Below, piece after piece: positions 36,720-45,185 of a stretch of DNA of 46,356 nucleotides (positions are counted from its first letter, which is position 1; the number at the start of each line of letters is the position of its first letter). This DNA is from an uncultured Bacteroidales bacterium (GTDB lineage Bacteria; Bacteroidota; Bacteroidia; Bacteroidales; ML635J-15): contig CAZUQY010000001.1 in assembly GCA_964622935.1 (NCBI GenBank), positions 1-46,356 of the forward strand, written 5' to 3'. Made by a program: the position numbers and the translations under genes. The notes beneath the pieces are model-generated. The model made no database searches. It had not been told where the DNA came from and saw only the letters and a program-made list of their open reading frames with translations.

Positions 36720-37118
36720 TTAATAGCGACCTGATCTTACCATAACCAACACACAATCATTTACAACCTCCACCCCCTTTGCTGCAAGCGTTTTCTGAAA
36801 ATCAGCATTATACGTGCCAGGATTAAACACCACTCTTTTAGGCATGTTTTTTAATATTAAATCCTGATATTTAAACTGATTCTCAGCAGACAGGTACATT
36901 GCAATAGTATCTATTTCTTCAATTTCTGGAAAATTTCTTTCAATATTTATCCCAATAATTTCACCCAATCTAATACCAACAGGAAAAACTTTATATCCAT
37001 ATTCAGACAAAAGCTCTGTAGCTTTAAATGAATATCGTCTCTCGTTAGGACTTGCGCCTAAAATAACATGTAACATATCATAGTTTTTTGCAATAATAGG
37101 AAATTTTATTAAACCCAT
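36720..37118 (-). CDS. CoA-binding domain protein (YccU/YneT-like)
   Basis: 132 aa. ILGASPNERRYSFKATELLSEYGYKVFPV is the characteristic Rossmann-like CoA-binding start. Confidence 0.7.
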   Translation of the reverse strand: MGLIKFPIIAKNYDMLHVILGASPNERRYSFKATELLSEYGYKVFPVGIRLGEIIGINIERNFPEIEEIDTIAMYLSAENQFKYQDLILKNMPKRVVFNPGTYNADFQKTLAAKGVEVVNDCVLVMVRSGRY

Positions 37119-37182
37119 AATTATTTAAGTTAATAAATTAGTGTCCTAAACCTCTTAGGGGATGCCTATATTTCTAATAGAT

Positions 37183-37318
37183 GCAAGGAGCATAGGGCAT
37201 GGAGTTAACTTAGTAGAAAGTTAAACTTTTGATAACGAATAAAATTCACTTTAAGCGAACAAAGGCATAAGTGTCTTTTTTACTTGCCCTATGCCCTATG
37301 CCCTATGTTCCATGCATC
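37183..37318. repeat. Structured intergenic element E1 (~136 nt) with heptamer-periodic inverted arms
   Basis: Left arm gcaagga gcatagg gcatgga. Right arm ccctatg x3 (37287-37307) then ttccatg. GCATAGGGCAT can pair with ATGCCCTATGC. There is an internal 8-bp hairpin GTTAACTT/AAGTTAAC. The core GGCATAAGTGTCTTT (37264-37278) is the exact reverse complement of 43421-43435 in E2. Confidence 0.7.
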
Positions 37319-37398
37319 AAACTAAGCTATCCTAAAAACATATTTTTTTTGATATTTCTGGTTGTGAGCAAAAACCTTATAAAAATAGCAATAGATTG

Positions 37399-37412
37399 TT
37401 GACATATAACAA
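37399..37412. promoter_or_regulatory. Imperfect Crp/FNR-like palindrome TTGAC-ATAT-AACAA
   Basis: One mismatch per half-site to TTGAT-N4-ATCAA. It lies about 110 nt upstream of the Crp/Fnr gene at 37522. Confidence 0.25.
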
Positions 37413-37495
37413 AATATTATTAATGTCATAAAGTGCAGACCAATAACAACTTGGTGCTTTAAGAAATAAAATATTGTTCTCTGTTTTTTTAATAT

Positions 37496-37503
37496 TATCT
37501 TTG
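37496..37503 (+). promoter_or_regulatory. Candidate -7 promoter box (TATCTTTG)
   Basis: Exact TAnnTTTG 18 nt upstream of the ATG at 37522. Confidence 0.35.
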
Positions 37504-37521
37504 CCAAAAATCTATTAAAGT

Positions 37522-38226
37522 ATGACTAAGTTTTTCGAAGAACCTATTTGCAAAGACTGTAATCTGGAAATCAGAACAATTTTTAAAAAGCTTACACCGG
37601 ACCAAATTGACTATCTGACGGCAAACAAATCATGTAATATAGTAAAGAAAGGTACATTACTATATCAAGAAGGCAATAGGATTTCAGGCATTTATTGTGT
37701 TAATAAAGGGGTTCTTAAAATTTTTAAAACTGGCACAGAGGGCAAAGAGCAAATAATAAAATTTGCAAAGAAGGGTGACATAATTGGATACCGCTCGGTT
37801 ATCATTGCAGAACCTGCTTGTACAAGTGTAAAAGTACTTGAAGATGCGGTATTATGTCATATTTCATCCCAAGACTTATATCATCTACTTAAAGTAAACA
37901 GCGAATTCGGCATCGAAATGCTTCAAATTTCATGCAAAGAACTTGGCGAGGCAAATGATTATTTAACAGACATTGCCCAAAAATCTGTAAAAGAGCGTCT
38001 AGCTGAAATCCTTCTTCATCTTAAAGATGAATTTGGTGTAACCAACGAAGATATAATCAATATCAATCTTACACGCGAAGAACTTGCAAACATTATCGGA
38101 ACTGCAACAGAATCTGTGATTCGATTACTTTCTGAATTTAAATCCGACGGAATTATTGAGCTTCAGGGACGTAAAATAAAACTAAAAGATGTGAACAAAC
38201 TCAAAAAAATCAGTAACACATTCTAA
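37522..38226 (+). CDS. Crp/Fnr-family transcriptional regulator
   Basis: 234 aa. cNMP-binding-like barrel (KKGTLLYQEGNRISGIYCVNKGVLKIF) and C-terminal HTH (REELANIIGTATESVIRLLSEFKSDGII). N-terminal CKDC pair. Confidence 0.8.
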   Translation: MTKFFEEPICKDCNLEIRTIFKKLTPDQIDYLTANKSCNIVKKGTLLYQEGNRISGIYCVNKGVLKIFKTGTEGKEQIIKFAKKGDIIGYRSVIIAEPACTSVKVLEDAVLCHISSQDLYHLLKVNSEFGIEMLQISCKELGEANDYLTDIAQKSVKERLAEILLHLKDEFGVTNEDIININLTREELANIIGTATESVIRLLSEFKSDGIIELQGRKIKLKDVNKLKKISNTF

Positions 38227-38232
38227 CAAAAA

Positions 38233-39324
38233 ATGCATGAGCTTAAATCCAAATTAATCGAAAAAGCTCTGACCCTCGAAGAATTAAGTGTTGAGGAAGG
38301 TTTAATTCTTTATAACAACTCGTCATTAGCTGACTTAATGCTGATTGCAGATAAAATCAGAAAACAAATACATCCAGATAATATAACAAGTTACATCATT
38401 GACCGCAATATAAATCTCAGTAATTTGTGCGTTTCCAATTGCTTATTTTGTAATTTTTGCCGCACTAAAAATTGCAAAGACTCATATATTCTTGGAATTG
38501 AAGATTATAAAAGTAAAATTGATGAGCTAATTTCACTTGGTGGGAATCAAATTTTACTACAAGGTGGCATGCATCCTGATCTGAATCTTGATTTTTATAC
38601 AAGTTTATTCCAAAACCTTAAAAGCCTTTATCCTAATTTAAAACTTCACGCACTTGGTCCTGCTGAAATTGTTTTTATTTCAAAAATTTCAAATTTAAAT
38701 ATCAGTGATGTTATAGACGAGCTTCGTAACGCAGGACTCGACAGTTTACCAGGTGCCGGTGCCGAAATACTATCGGACAGAGTAAGAAGAATTGTTAGTC
38801 CAATAAAATGCACATCTAACGAATGGCTTGAAGTTATGCAAATCGCTCATGATAAAAACATTACTACTTCAGCAACTATGATGTTCGGCCACCTTGAAAC
38901 TATGCACGAAAGAGTTGAACACCTTATCAAGATTCGCCATTTACAAAATCAAAAGCCAAAATCTTCAAAGGGTTTTATTTCTTTTACACTTTGGCCTCTT
39001 GCCGGAGAAAACACAAGGTTATTACGAAAATTCCCGGACATCAAACCAGTTAGTAATAGCGAATTTATAAAAATGCTTTCTTTTAGCAGAATTATGCTAC
39101 CAAACATTCCTAATATTCAAACCAGTTGGCTAACTATGGGCAGTCAAATTGCTGAAATTTGTCTTAATGCTGGTGCAAACGACATGAGTAGCGTAATGAT
39201 TGAAGAAAATGTCGTGTCACAAGCAGGCAAAAATAATAAGCTAAGCATAAGTGATATAAAAAAAACGATTAAAAATGCAGGATTTATTCCACAACAGCGA
39301 AATCAAGAATATGAATTACTGTAA
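38233..39324 (+). CDS. mqnC: Radical SAM enzyme of the futalosine menaquinone pathway, MqnC-like (cyclic dehypoxanthinyl futalosine synthase)
   Basis: YIIDRNINLSNLCVSNCLFCNFC (CxxxCxxC), GGNQILLQGGMHPDL, DSLPGAGAEILSDRVRRIVSPIKC..EWLEVMQIAH, and ATMMFGHLETMHERVEHL match my memory of MqnC. MqnE and CofH are close relatives, so the subfamily assignment is tentative. Confidence 0.6.
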   Translation: MHELKSKLIEKALTLEELSVEEGLILYNNSSLADLMLIADKIRKQIHPDNITSYIIDRNINLSNLCVSNCLFCNFCRTKNCKDSYILGIEDYKSKIDELISLGGNQILLQGGMHPDLNLDFYTSLFQNLKSLYPNLKLHALGPAEIVFISKISNLNISDVIDELRNAGLDSLPGAGAEILSDRVRRIVSPIKCTSNEWLEVMQIAHDKNITTSATMMFGHLETMHERVEHLIKIRHLQNQKPKSSKGFISFTLWPLAGENTRLLRKFPDIKPVSNSEFIKMLSFSRIMLPNIPNIQTSWLTMGSQIAEICLNAGANDMSSVMIEENVVSQAGKNNKLSISDIKKTIKNAGFIPQQRNQEYELL

Positions 39325-39942
39325 TTAGATTCTATCGAATTTGTACCCTAATTTTGTAAAATGTTCAAGAGTAAACGCCAAAGCCGGAAGCATTAGTGGA
39401 GCAGCCATAGTTGTGTCATGAAAAACAATTATTGATCCATCCCTGATTTTATTTAAAATGATTTTTTTAATTTTTTTAATACTATAATCCTGCTTGTAAT
39501 CATGGGTTAAAACATCCCATAACACAATTCTATATTCTCTTTTTAACCTACGACATTGCCATAGAAAAATTCTGCCATAAGGCGGTCTAAAAAAAACCGA
39601 ATCGGAAACAGGAGATTTCCTCAAAACATCAATCAACCACTTTCTATTTGAAACTTTAAATGCATTTAAATGTGAAAATGAATGATTCCCAATTGTATGC
39701 CCAGCATCGACAATTTTCTGAAATATTTCAGGATATAAAATTGCATTAGAACCCTTACAAAAAAAACTTGCTTTAGCATTATATTTTTCAAGCAAAGCTA
39801 AAACTTTTGTAGTAACTTTAATATTTGGCCCATCATCAAAACTAAGGTACAAGGTCTTAGGAAAAAGATTGATTCTGCACATACCTCTGCAAAAAATACT
39901 GGGATATCGTATCGCTATATAACTTAATAAACTCAAATTCAA
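39325..39942 (-). CDS. Polysaccharide deacetylase (NodB homology domain)
   Basis: LSFDDGPN (motif 1), GNHSFSH (motif 2), RPPYG (motif 3). The start is either the TTG at 39942 or the ATG at 39882. Its stop codon abuts the mqnC stop (39324/39325). Confidence 0.7.
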   Translation of the reverse strand: MNLSLLSYIAIRYPSIFCRGMCRINLFPKTLYLSFDDGPNIKVTTKVLALLEKYNAKASFFCKGSNAILYPEIFQKIVDAGHTIGNHSFSHLNAFKVSNRKWLIDVLRKSPVSDSVFFRPPYGRIFLWQCRRLKREYRIVLWDVLTHDYKQDYSIKKIKKIILNKIRDGSIIVFHDTTMAAPLMLPALAFTLEHFTKLGYKFDRI

Positions 39943-39955
39943 AAACTTTTATAAT

Positions 39956-42900
39956 TTATTCTGCAATTTTTCCACTATCATATAAGGCCAATGCTTCTTC
40001 GTAAATTGAACCTATATACGGCAACAGCCCCTTATGCTTATACTGTTCTGCCAAAACATACAATTCTTCAATTGTTTTCACAGATCGTTGCTTATATATA
40101 TCAAGAGAAAATTGTTGCTTACTACTAAAATTACTATAAAATTCAAGCTCCTTAAAAGCATTTTGTGCAAGTACCGTAGCAATTTCCCTTGCTTTAGCTT
40201 TTTTATTTATTCGATAATATCCGTGCACAATCCCAACACTGTAATAATCAAAGCTTATAAGATCGTCTGGTATAAGTTTTACACACAAATCTAAAACATC
40301 TTCAGACTGTTTAATTTCACCTTTAAAATAAAGACCTCTTGCCAATCTAGAAAAATGATTTCTTAAATTAATAAGTGTTGTGCGAGTAGCCTCATCAATA
40401 TACCCTGATGTTTTTTGAAGACTTCCCCATTCAAATTTTGTCATCAGGTTTTGATACATTATTCCTGCATTAACATTAACAAGTTCATCTTCTGAAACAT
40501 CAGTTTCGATAGGCAATAATCTATAGGCAAGTCCTTCGAGAAAAAGGTATTTATTAAGCCCCAGATAATTTCTACTATTCATTGTTGATGTGAAATAAAT
40601 TGGGCGTTTCCACAAATTACTTCGAATTATTTCAAGCACCATCAAATCACTTTTTGTAAGACTTTCGTGATTTGGCGACCAAATCATTTTATCCACAACA
40701 TAGGATTTCTGTGAAGGACTTAATTCAAAAACCTCGTCAATAACATTTTTGTTTACTGCAATAGACAATTTCTCTGCTGGGAAATAATCAATTGGATAGG
40801 GATATAATTTTGTGTTTATTTTAGTAGCCGAATCGTTAGAAAAAGCAAAATTTAAAACCGGATGTAATGGTAGTGGATATTTAGTCTGTTTATCGAGGAA
40901 CTGCTCCATCTTTTTCATCAAATCATTTGCCTGAGTTTGTGTTAATCCAAATGCACTACATTGCTCCTCAGTTTCAAGACTATTTATGACCCCACACAAA
41001 TCACGAAAATTCTGATTAGCTCCGTGAGCTTGTATCTTGCTATAAAAATCGACAAAATTATTGTACTCTAAACTATGTGTTTGATCAAATCCATTTTCCT
41101 GCCACATGCTTAGCAAAAAATTGAAAACAGCTTGATAATCAGCATTTATCTCATTAATGTTTTCATAATAGATATCCTCAATAAACGCATATGGATTATT
41201 GCGTACTAAAAGCAATTCTCGTTGCCCCGAAATATATTGCTGCCTACCAACACTCAAACTAACCGGCATCGCACCTCTTTGTGCTGTTTGTATTTGATCT
41301 ATATACCAGTCTGTATTTAAAAAACTCAAATTTACAATTCGCACATCTGTTCTGATGTTTTGTGTTTCTTGCAAATACCATAACGGAAAAGTTTCGTTAT
41401 CACCAGATGTGAATAAGATTGCATTTGGGGCACAAGTATTCAACAAGTTATAAGCAAAATAATATGCAAAATCATCGTTGTTTCGATTATGGTCGTTAAA
41501 GTTTTTTACCAAAAATTGCCCTGGAACTGCAACAAACAAAACTCCAGCAACTATATAAATCAGATATTTAGTTTTTAATTTAGTTTTCAAATATTCATAA
41601 ATCGCAATAACTCCATATCCTATCCAAATCGAAAAAGCATAAAATGATCCCAAGTATGAATAGTCTCTTTCTCTTGCTTGATATGGATGCTGATTTAAAT
41701 AAAAAGCAATTGCAATACCGGTAAATATGAATATGAAAAAAGTAACCAAAAAGTATCGCTTATCCTTACGGAATAAGTAAAACAATCCAATAATTCCTAT
41801 CAAAAGAGGTAAATAATAATATACATTTCTAGCCTTATTGTTTTCTAAAAATGGGGGCAATTCTGAAGTGTTTTTTAGTCTCAAATTATCGATAAATCCA
41901 ATGCCGGATATCCAATTGCCATTTATTGGTCCACCATATGATTGAAAATCGTTTTGCTTTCCAACAAAATTCCACATAAAATATCGAAAGTACATATGGT
42001 TAAACTGATACCTAAACATAAATTCAACATTTTTACCAAATGGTGGGATTTTATCCTTTTTATAGCCAGTCCACTCGCGATATGCAGCAACATGTTCGGG
42101 CAAATTACTCCACATTCTCGGAAACCATGTTTTATCTCTCTTTACATAATTCGCCTCAGGTTTATATGCAATGATTTTATATTTATTATCTACCGTATCA
42201 TAAATAGGATCTCCTTCAACGTAGGGATGTATTTTATCCTGTACAGAATTAAACTGTTGTCCATACATAAAAGGTCGATTTCCATATTGTTCGCGGTTAA
42301 GATATGACACAAAATTAAAAATAGACTCTGGATTATTTTGATCAATTGGAGGATTTGCAGCCGAACGTATTAAAACAATTGAATAAGACAAAAACCCGAT
42401 TAAAAACACAGCAAAACAAGTAATTGCAAGATTTAAGCCCTGTCTGCCTTTTATTCCGCTAATTACAATCCCTAAAACTAGAACAAAAATAATAAGTATA
42501 GAAAATGCTATTAATCCTGAATTAAATCCAAGATAAAGATTGTTGACAAAAAACCATTCAAATTTTGATGCAATAACTGGCAAATAACTAATTATTAACT
42601 GCACTACGAGTAAAAGTAATACTGATAACAACAAGTATTTAAGAAATTCTTTTTTGTTTTGTTTTATTTGATCAAAATAATAAACAAGTACCAAAGCTGG
42701 AATTACCAATATATTCAATAAATGGATTCCGGTCGACATGCCTATTAATAGCGCAGTTAATATTAACCATCGATTTTTATCATTTTGATTTTTATAAGTA
42801 GTCGATTTTAACATTGTCCAAAATGTAAGACTAGTAAAAAGTATCGAAACAGAATATACTTCAGTTTCTGTAGCAACGGTCCAATAGCTTGTCGAAAATG

Positions 42901-43291
42901 CCAATGAAAGAGAACCAATTACCGCTGCAAATATTTTTAAATATTTCTTTTTACTATCTGAATTGTCTCTTTCGGTAGAAATCCTTTCAAATAGTAATAA
43001 TAAAGTATGATAAGTAATGAAAACTGCAAATGTTGCCGAAATCACAGATAATAAGTTCATGGAAAATGCTATGTTTTCAGGATTAAATGCAAAAATTGAA
43101 AACACACGAGCCATTATCATATAAAATGGAGCACCGGGAGGATGTCCAATTTGTAAACCGTCAGAACAGGCAATAATTTCGCCACAATCCCAAAAGTTTA
43201 CCGTTTTAGACATACTTACAAGATAAACGATAAAACTAAGGCCAAATAGTAGCCAGCCAACAAGCCTATTTATTTGTAATTTCCTAAACAT
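39956..43291 (-). CDS. DUF2723-family giant membrane protein (glycosyltransferase-like, GT-C fold type)
   Basis: 1111 aa. N-terminal motif NFWDCGEIIACSDGLQIGHPPGAPFYMIMARVF is characteristic of DUF2723. About 12 TM helices followed by a large soluble C-terminal region. Confidence 0.75.
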   Translation of the reverse strand: MFRKLQINRLVGWLLFGLSFIVYLVSMSKTVNFWDCGEIIACSDGLQIGHPPGAPFYMIMARVFSIFAFNPENIAFSMNLLSVISATFAVFITYHTLLLLFERISTERDNSDSKKKYLKIFAAVIGSLSLAFSTSYWTVATETEVYSVSILFTSLTFWTMLKSTTYKNQNDKNRWLILTALLIGMSTGIHLLNILVIPALVLVYYFDQIKQNKKEFLKYLLLSVLLLLVVQLIISYLPVIASKFEWFFVNNLYLGFNSGLIAFSILIIFVLVLGIVISGIKGRQGLNLAITCFAVFLIGFLSYSIVLIRSAANPPIDQNNPESIFNFVSYLNREQYGNRPFMYGQQFNSVQDKIHPYVEGDPIYDTVDNKYKIIAYKPEANYVKRDKTWFPRMWSNLPEHVAAYREWTGYKKDKIPPFGKNVEFMFRYQFNHMYFRYFMWNFVGKQNDFQSYGGPINGNWISGIGFIDNLRLKNTSELPPFLENNKARNVYYYLPLLIGIIGLFYLFRKDKRYFLVTFFIFIFTGIAIAFYLNQHPYQARERDYSYLGSFYAFSIWIGYGVIAIYEYLKTKLKTKYLIYIVAGVLFVAVPGQFLVKNFNDHNRNNDDFAYYFAYNLLNTCAPNAILFTSGDNETFPLWYLQETQNIRTDVRIVNLSFLNTDWYIDQIQTAQRGAMPVSLSVGRQQYISGQRELLLVRNNPYAFIEDIYYENINEINADYQAVFNFLLSMWQENGFDQTHSLEYNNFVDFYSKIQAHGANQNFRDLCGVINSLETEEQCSAFGLTQTQANDLMKKMEQFLDKQTKYPLPLHPVLNFAFSNDSATKINTKLYPYPIDYFPAEKLSIAVNKNVIDEVFELSPSQKSYVVDKMIWSPNHESLTKSDLMVLEIIRSNLWKRPIYFTSTMNSRNYLGLNKYLFLEGLAYRLLPIETDVSEDELVNVNAGIMYQNLMTKFEWGSLQKTSGYIDEATRTTLINLRNHFSRLARGLYFKGEIKQSEDVLDLCVKLIPDDLISFDYYSVGIVHGYYRINKKAKAREIATVLAQNAFKELEFYSNFSSKQQFSLDIYKQRSVKTIEELYVLAEQYKHKGLLPYIGSIYEEALALYDSGKIAE

Positions 43292-43376
43292 TTGAACTTA
43301 TAATTTCGCTAAATTAGTGATATAATTAGAGTTGAAGAATGTTTTTTTACTTTTTGTATGTTTTTATTTGATAAAT

Positions 43377-43520
43377 GCTTAGGGCATGGAGCATAAAACA
43401 TAAAGCATGGAGCAAAAAATAAAGACACTTATGCCCGAACAGCTTAATCGTAAATCGTATTCATAGTAAAGGTTTGATTTTCAATCAAGCTAGCCCTATA
43501 CCCCATGCTTTATGCTCCAT
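43377..43520. repeat. Structured intergenic element E2 (~144 nt), inverted copy of the E1 family
   Basis: Left arm catggag cataaaa cataaag catggag. Right arm ccctata ccccatg ctttatg ctccatt. ATGGAGCATAAA pairs with TTTATGCTCCAT. The core AAAGACACTTATGCC (43421-43435) is the reverse complement of the E1 core. Confidence 0.7.
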
Positions 43521-43705
43521 TTCAGATATGTTCTCACTAATCTCATCAGTTCCATTCAAAACGAGCTAAATTGATATGATTTGTTTCAACAAATAATATT
43601 TTGTATTTTTGTCTTTTCAGTTTTGTTCGATTATAAAATGCTAGCATAGCAATTTTGGTTCTATCAAACTATGTTCAAATTCTAATAGGACAACAAAATT
43701 AAAAC

Positions 43706-43776
43706 TGACTTGTGGTGTAATGGCAACATACAAGGCTCTGAGCTTTGGGTTCTTGGTTCGAATCCTTGCAAGTCAA
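43706..43776 (+). tRNA. tRNA-Gln (anticodon CTG), with two U-U mismatches in the T-stem
   Basis: Hand-folded cloverleaf. Acceptor TGACTTG/CAAGTCA (7 bp), U8, D-stem GTGT/ACAT with the GG loop, anticodon stem CAAGG/CTTTG, loop CT-CTG-AG, T-loop TTCGAAT, discriminator A, no encoded CCA. The T-stem CTTGG/CCTTG pairs at only 3 of 5 positions. Confidence 0.75.
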
Positions 43777-43777
43777 C

Positions 43778-43810
43778 AAAAAACCGTTCAATGAACGGTT
43801 TTTTTGTTTT
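43778..43810 (+). terminator. Intrinsic terminator immediately after the tRNA
   Basis: Stem AAAAAACCGTTC / GAACGGTTTTTT (12 bp) with a 3-nt loop and a trailing T-run. Confidence 0.8.
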
Positions 43811-43925
43811 GATCCAACACCACGCACAAAATTCTTGAAATTATTAAACCACACGACACAGTCGTGCAGCAGCGCGAGGAATAGAATATTTGCTAATTGT
43901 AATTTGGTTATTGATTTAATTGGTC

Positions 43926-43933
43926 TAAATTTG
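43926..43933 (+). promoter_or_regulatory. Candidate -7 promoter box (TAAATTTG)
   Basis: Exact TAnnTTTG 25 nt upstream of the ATG at 43959. Confidence 0.35.
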
Positions 43934-43958
43934 CAATGCTATAAGCCAAAATTAGAAT

Positions 43959-45185
43959 ATGATTAATGTTTTATACATCTCTTATGACGGTATGACTGAT
44001 TCGCTGGGCGAATCACAAGTAATTCCATACTTAAAAGAGCTGAGCAAGAAAAATATTAAAATTTGTATTCTTTCTTCTGAAAAACCAGGGATTTTCGAAA
44101 ACAGAAAAAATTATATTGCCAAAACACTTTCGGAATATAATATAGATTGGCATCCTATAAAATACACCAAAAGCCCGCCTGTAATTTCTACAATAAAAGA
44201 CATCCGAAACTTAAAAAAAACTGCATCAAAACTGCATCAAAAAAAAGGTTTTGATATTGTACATTGTCGTTCATACATTAGCTCTTTTGCAGGAGTATTT
44301 CTAAAAAAGAAATTTGGAGTTAAGTATCTATTCGACATGCGTGGATTTTATGCAGACGAGCGCGTTGATGGGAATCTTTGGCCTCAAAGCAATCCAATTT
44401 ATAAGCATGTCTATAAATACTTCAAGAAAAAAGAATCTGAATTTTTTAAGTTAGCTGATCATACAATAAGCTTAACACATGCCGGTAAGAAAATAATACA
44501 CGATTTTGAAAACCTTAACAATATTCCTATTGACGTAATTCCATGCTGTTCTGACATGAGTCTCTTTAATTATAATCTTACCAACTCAGAAAATCAGGAA
44601 AGACTACAAAAAGAACTTAACATTAGCTCAAATGATATAGTTCTGTCGTATCTCGGGTCTGTTGGCACTTGGTATATGCCAAATGAAATGATGCAATTCT
44701 TCAAAGTTTTTTTACAAAAGAAGCCTGAAGCAAAATTCATGTTTATTACGCGTGATAATCCCGAAATAATCTATAAGCTTGCAGAAAAGCACAATGTCCC
44801 TGCAGACAAAATAGTCATTAGATCGGCGAATCGCGAAGAAATTCCAGATCTAATTTCATTAAGCAAGTTTTCCATATTCTTCATTAAACCTGTTTTTAGC
44901 AAAAAAGCATCTTCGCCAACAAAACTTGCCGAATTACTAGGAATGGGAATTCCGATTATATGCAATTCTAATGTTGGTGATATTGATAAGTTTGTACCAA
45001 AAAATAATCTTGGTATTATGATAGATTCATTCAACACAGAAGCTTATCAAAACGCATGCGACAAGTTTGACGAACTGATGAATATTGATAAGGAACATTT
45101 AAGAGCAGTGGCTTGCAAACTTTTCTCACTTGAGGTTGGTGTTGAGACTTATTATAATGTTTACCAAAAACTTGCGGCTAAATGA
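43959..45185 (+). CDS. Glycosyltransferase family 4 (group 1)
   Basis: 408 aa. N-terminal INVLYISYDGMTDSLGESQVIPYLKEL. C-terminal GT-B half with SPTKLAELLGMGIPIICNSNVGD (EX7E-type region). Confidence 0.7.
   Translation: MINVLYISYDGMTDSLGESQVIPYLKELSKKNIKICILSSEKPGIFENRKNYIAKTLSEYNIDWHPIKYTKSPPVISTIKDIRNLKKTASKLHQKKGFDIVHCRSYISSFAGVFLKKKFGVKYLFDMRGFYADERVDGNLWPQSNPIYKHVYKYFKKKESEFFKLADHTISLTHAGKKIIHDFENLNNIPIDVIPCCSDMSLFNYNLTNSENQERLQKELNISSNDIVLSYLGSVGTWYMPNEMMQFFKVFLQKKPEAKFMFITRDNPEIIYKLAEKHNVPADKIVIRSANREEIPDLISLSKFSIFFIKPVFSKKASSPTKLAELLGMGIPIICNSNVGDIDKFVPKNNLGIMIDSFNTEAYQNACDKFDELMNIDKEHLRAVACKLFSLEVGVETYYNVYQKLAAK

Noticed and set aside
37287-37307. ccctatg x3 tandem repeat considered as a possible CRISPR or microsatellite locus
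   Set aside because: It is only three 7-nt units with no spacers. It forms one arm of the E1 inverted-repeat element. No CRISPR-like repeat-spacer array is present anywhere in the window.
37322-37507. 61-aa minus-strand ORF in the spacer upstream of the Crp/Fnr gene
   Set aside because: It overlaps the predicted promoter and FNR-like box of 37522..38226. It has an AT-rich, hydrophobic, junk-like composition and no recognisable motif.
37119-43705. Genomic island or composite transposon bounded by the inverted E1/E2 elements next to tRNA-Gln
   Set aside because: There is no integrase, transposase or direct-repeat att sites. The enclosed genes (Crp/Fnr, mqnC, deacetylase, DUF2723) look like core metabolism and envelope genes.
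43745-43966. 73-aa plus-strand ORF
   Set aside because: It starts inside the tRNA-Gln gene and runs through its terminator hairpin, so it is almost certainly non-coding.
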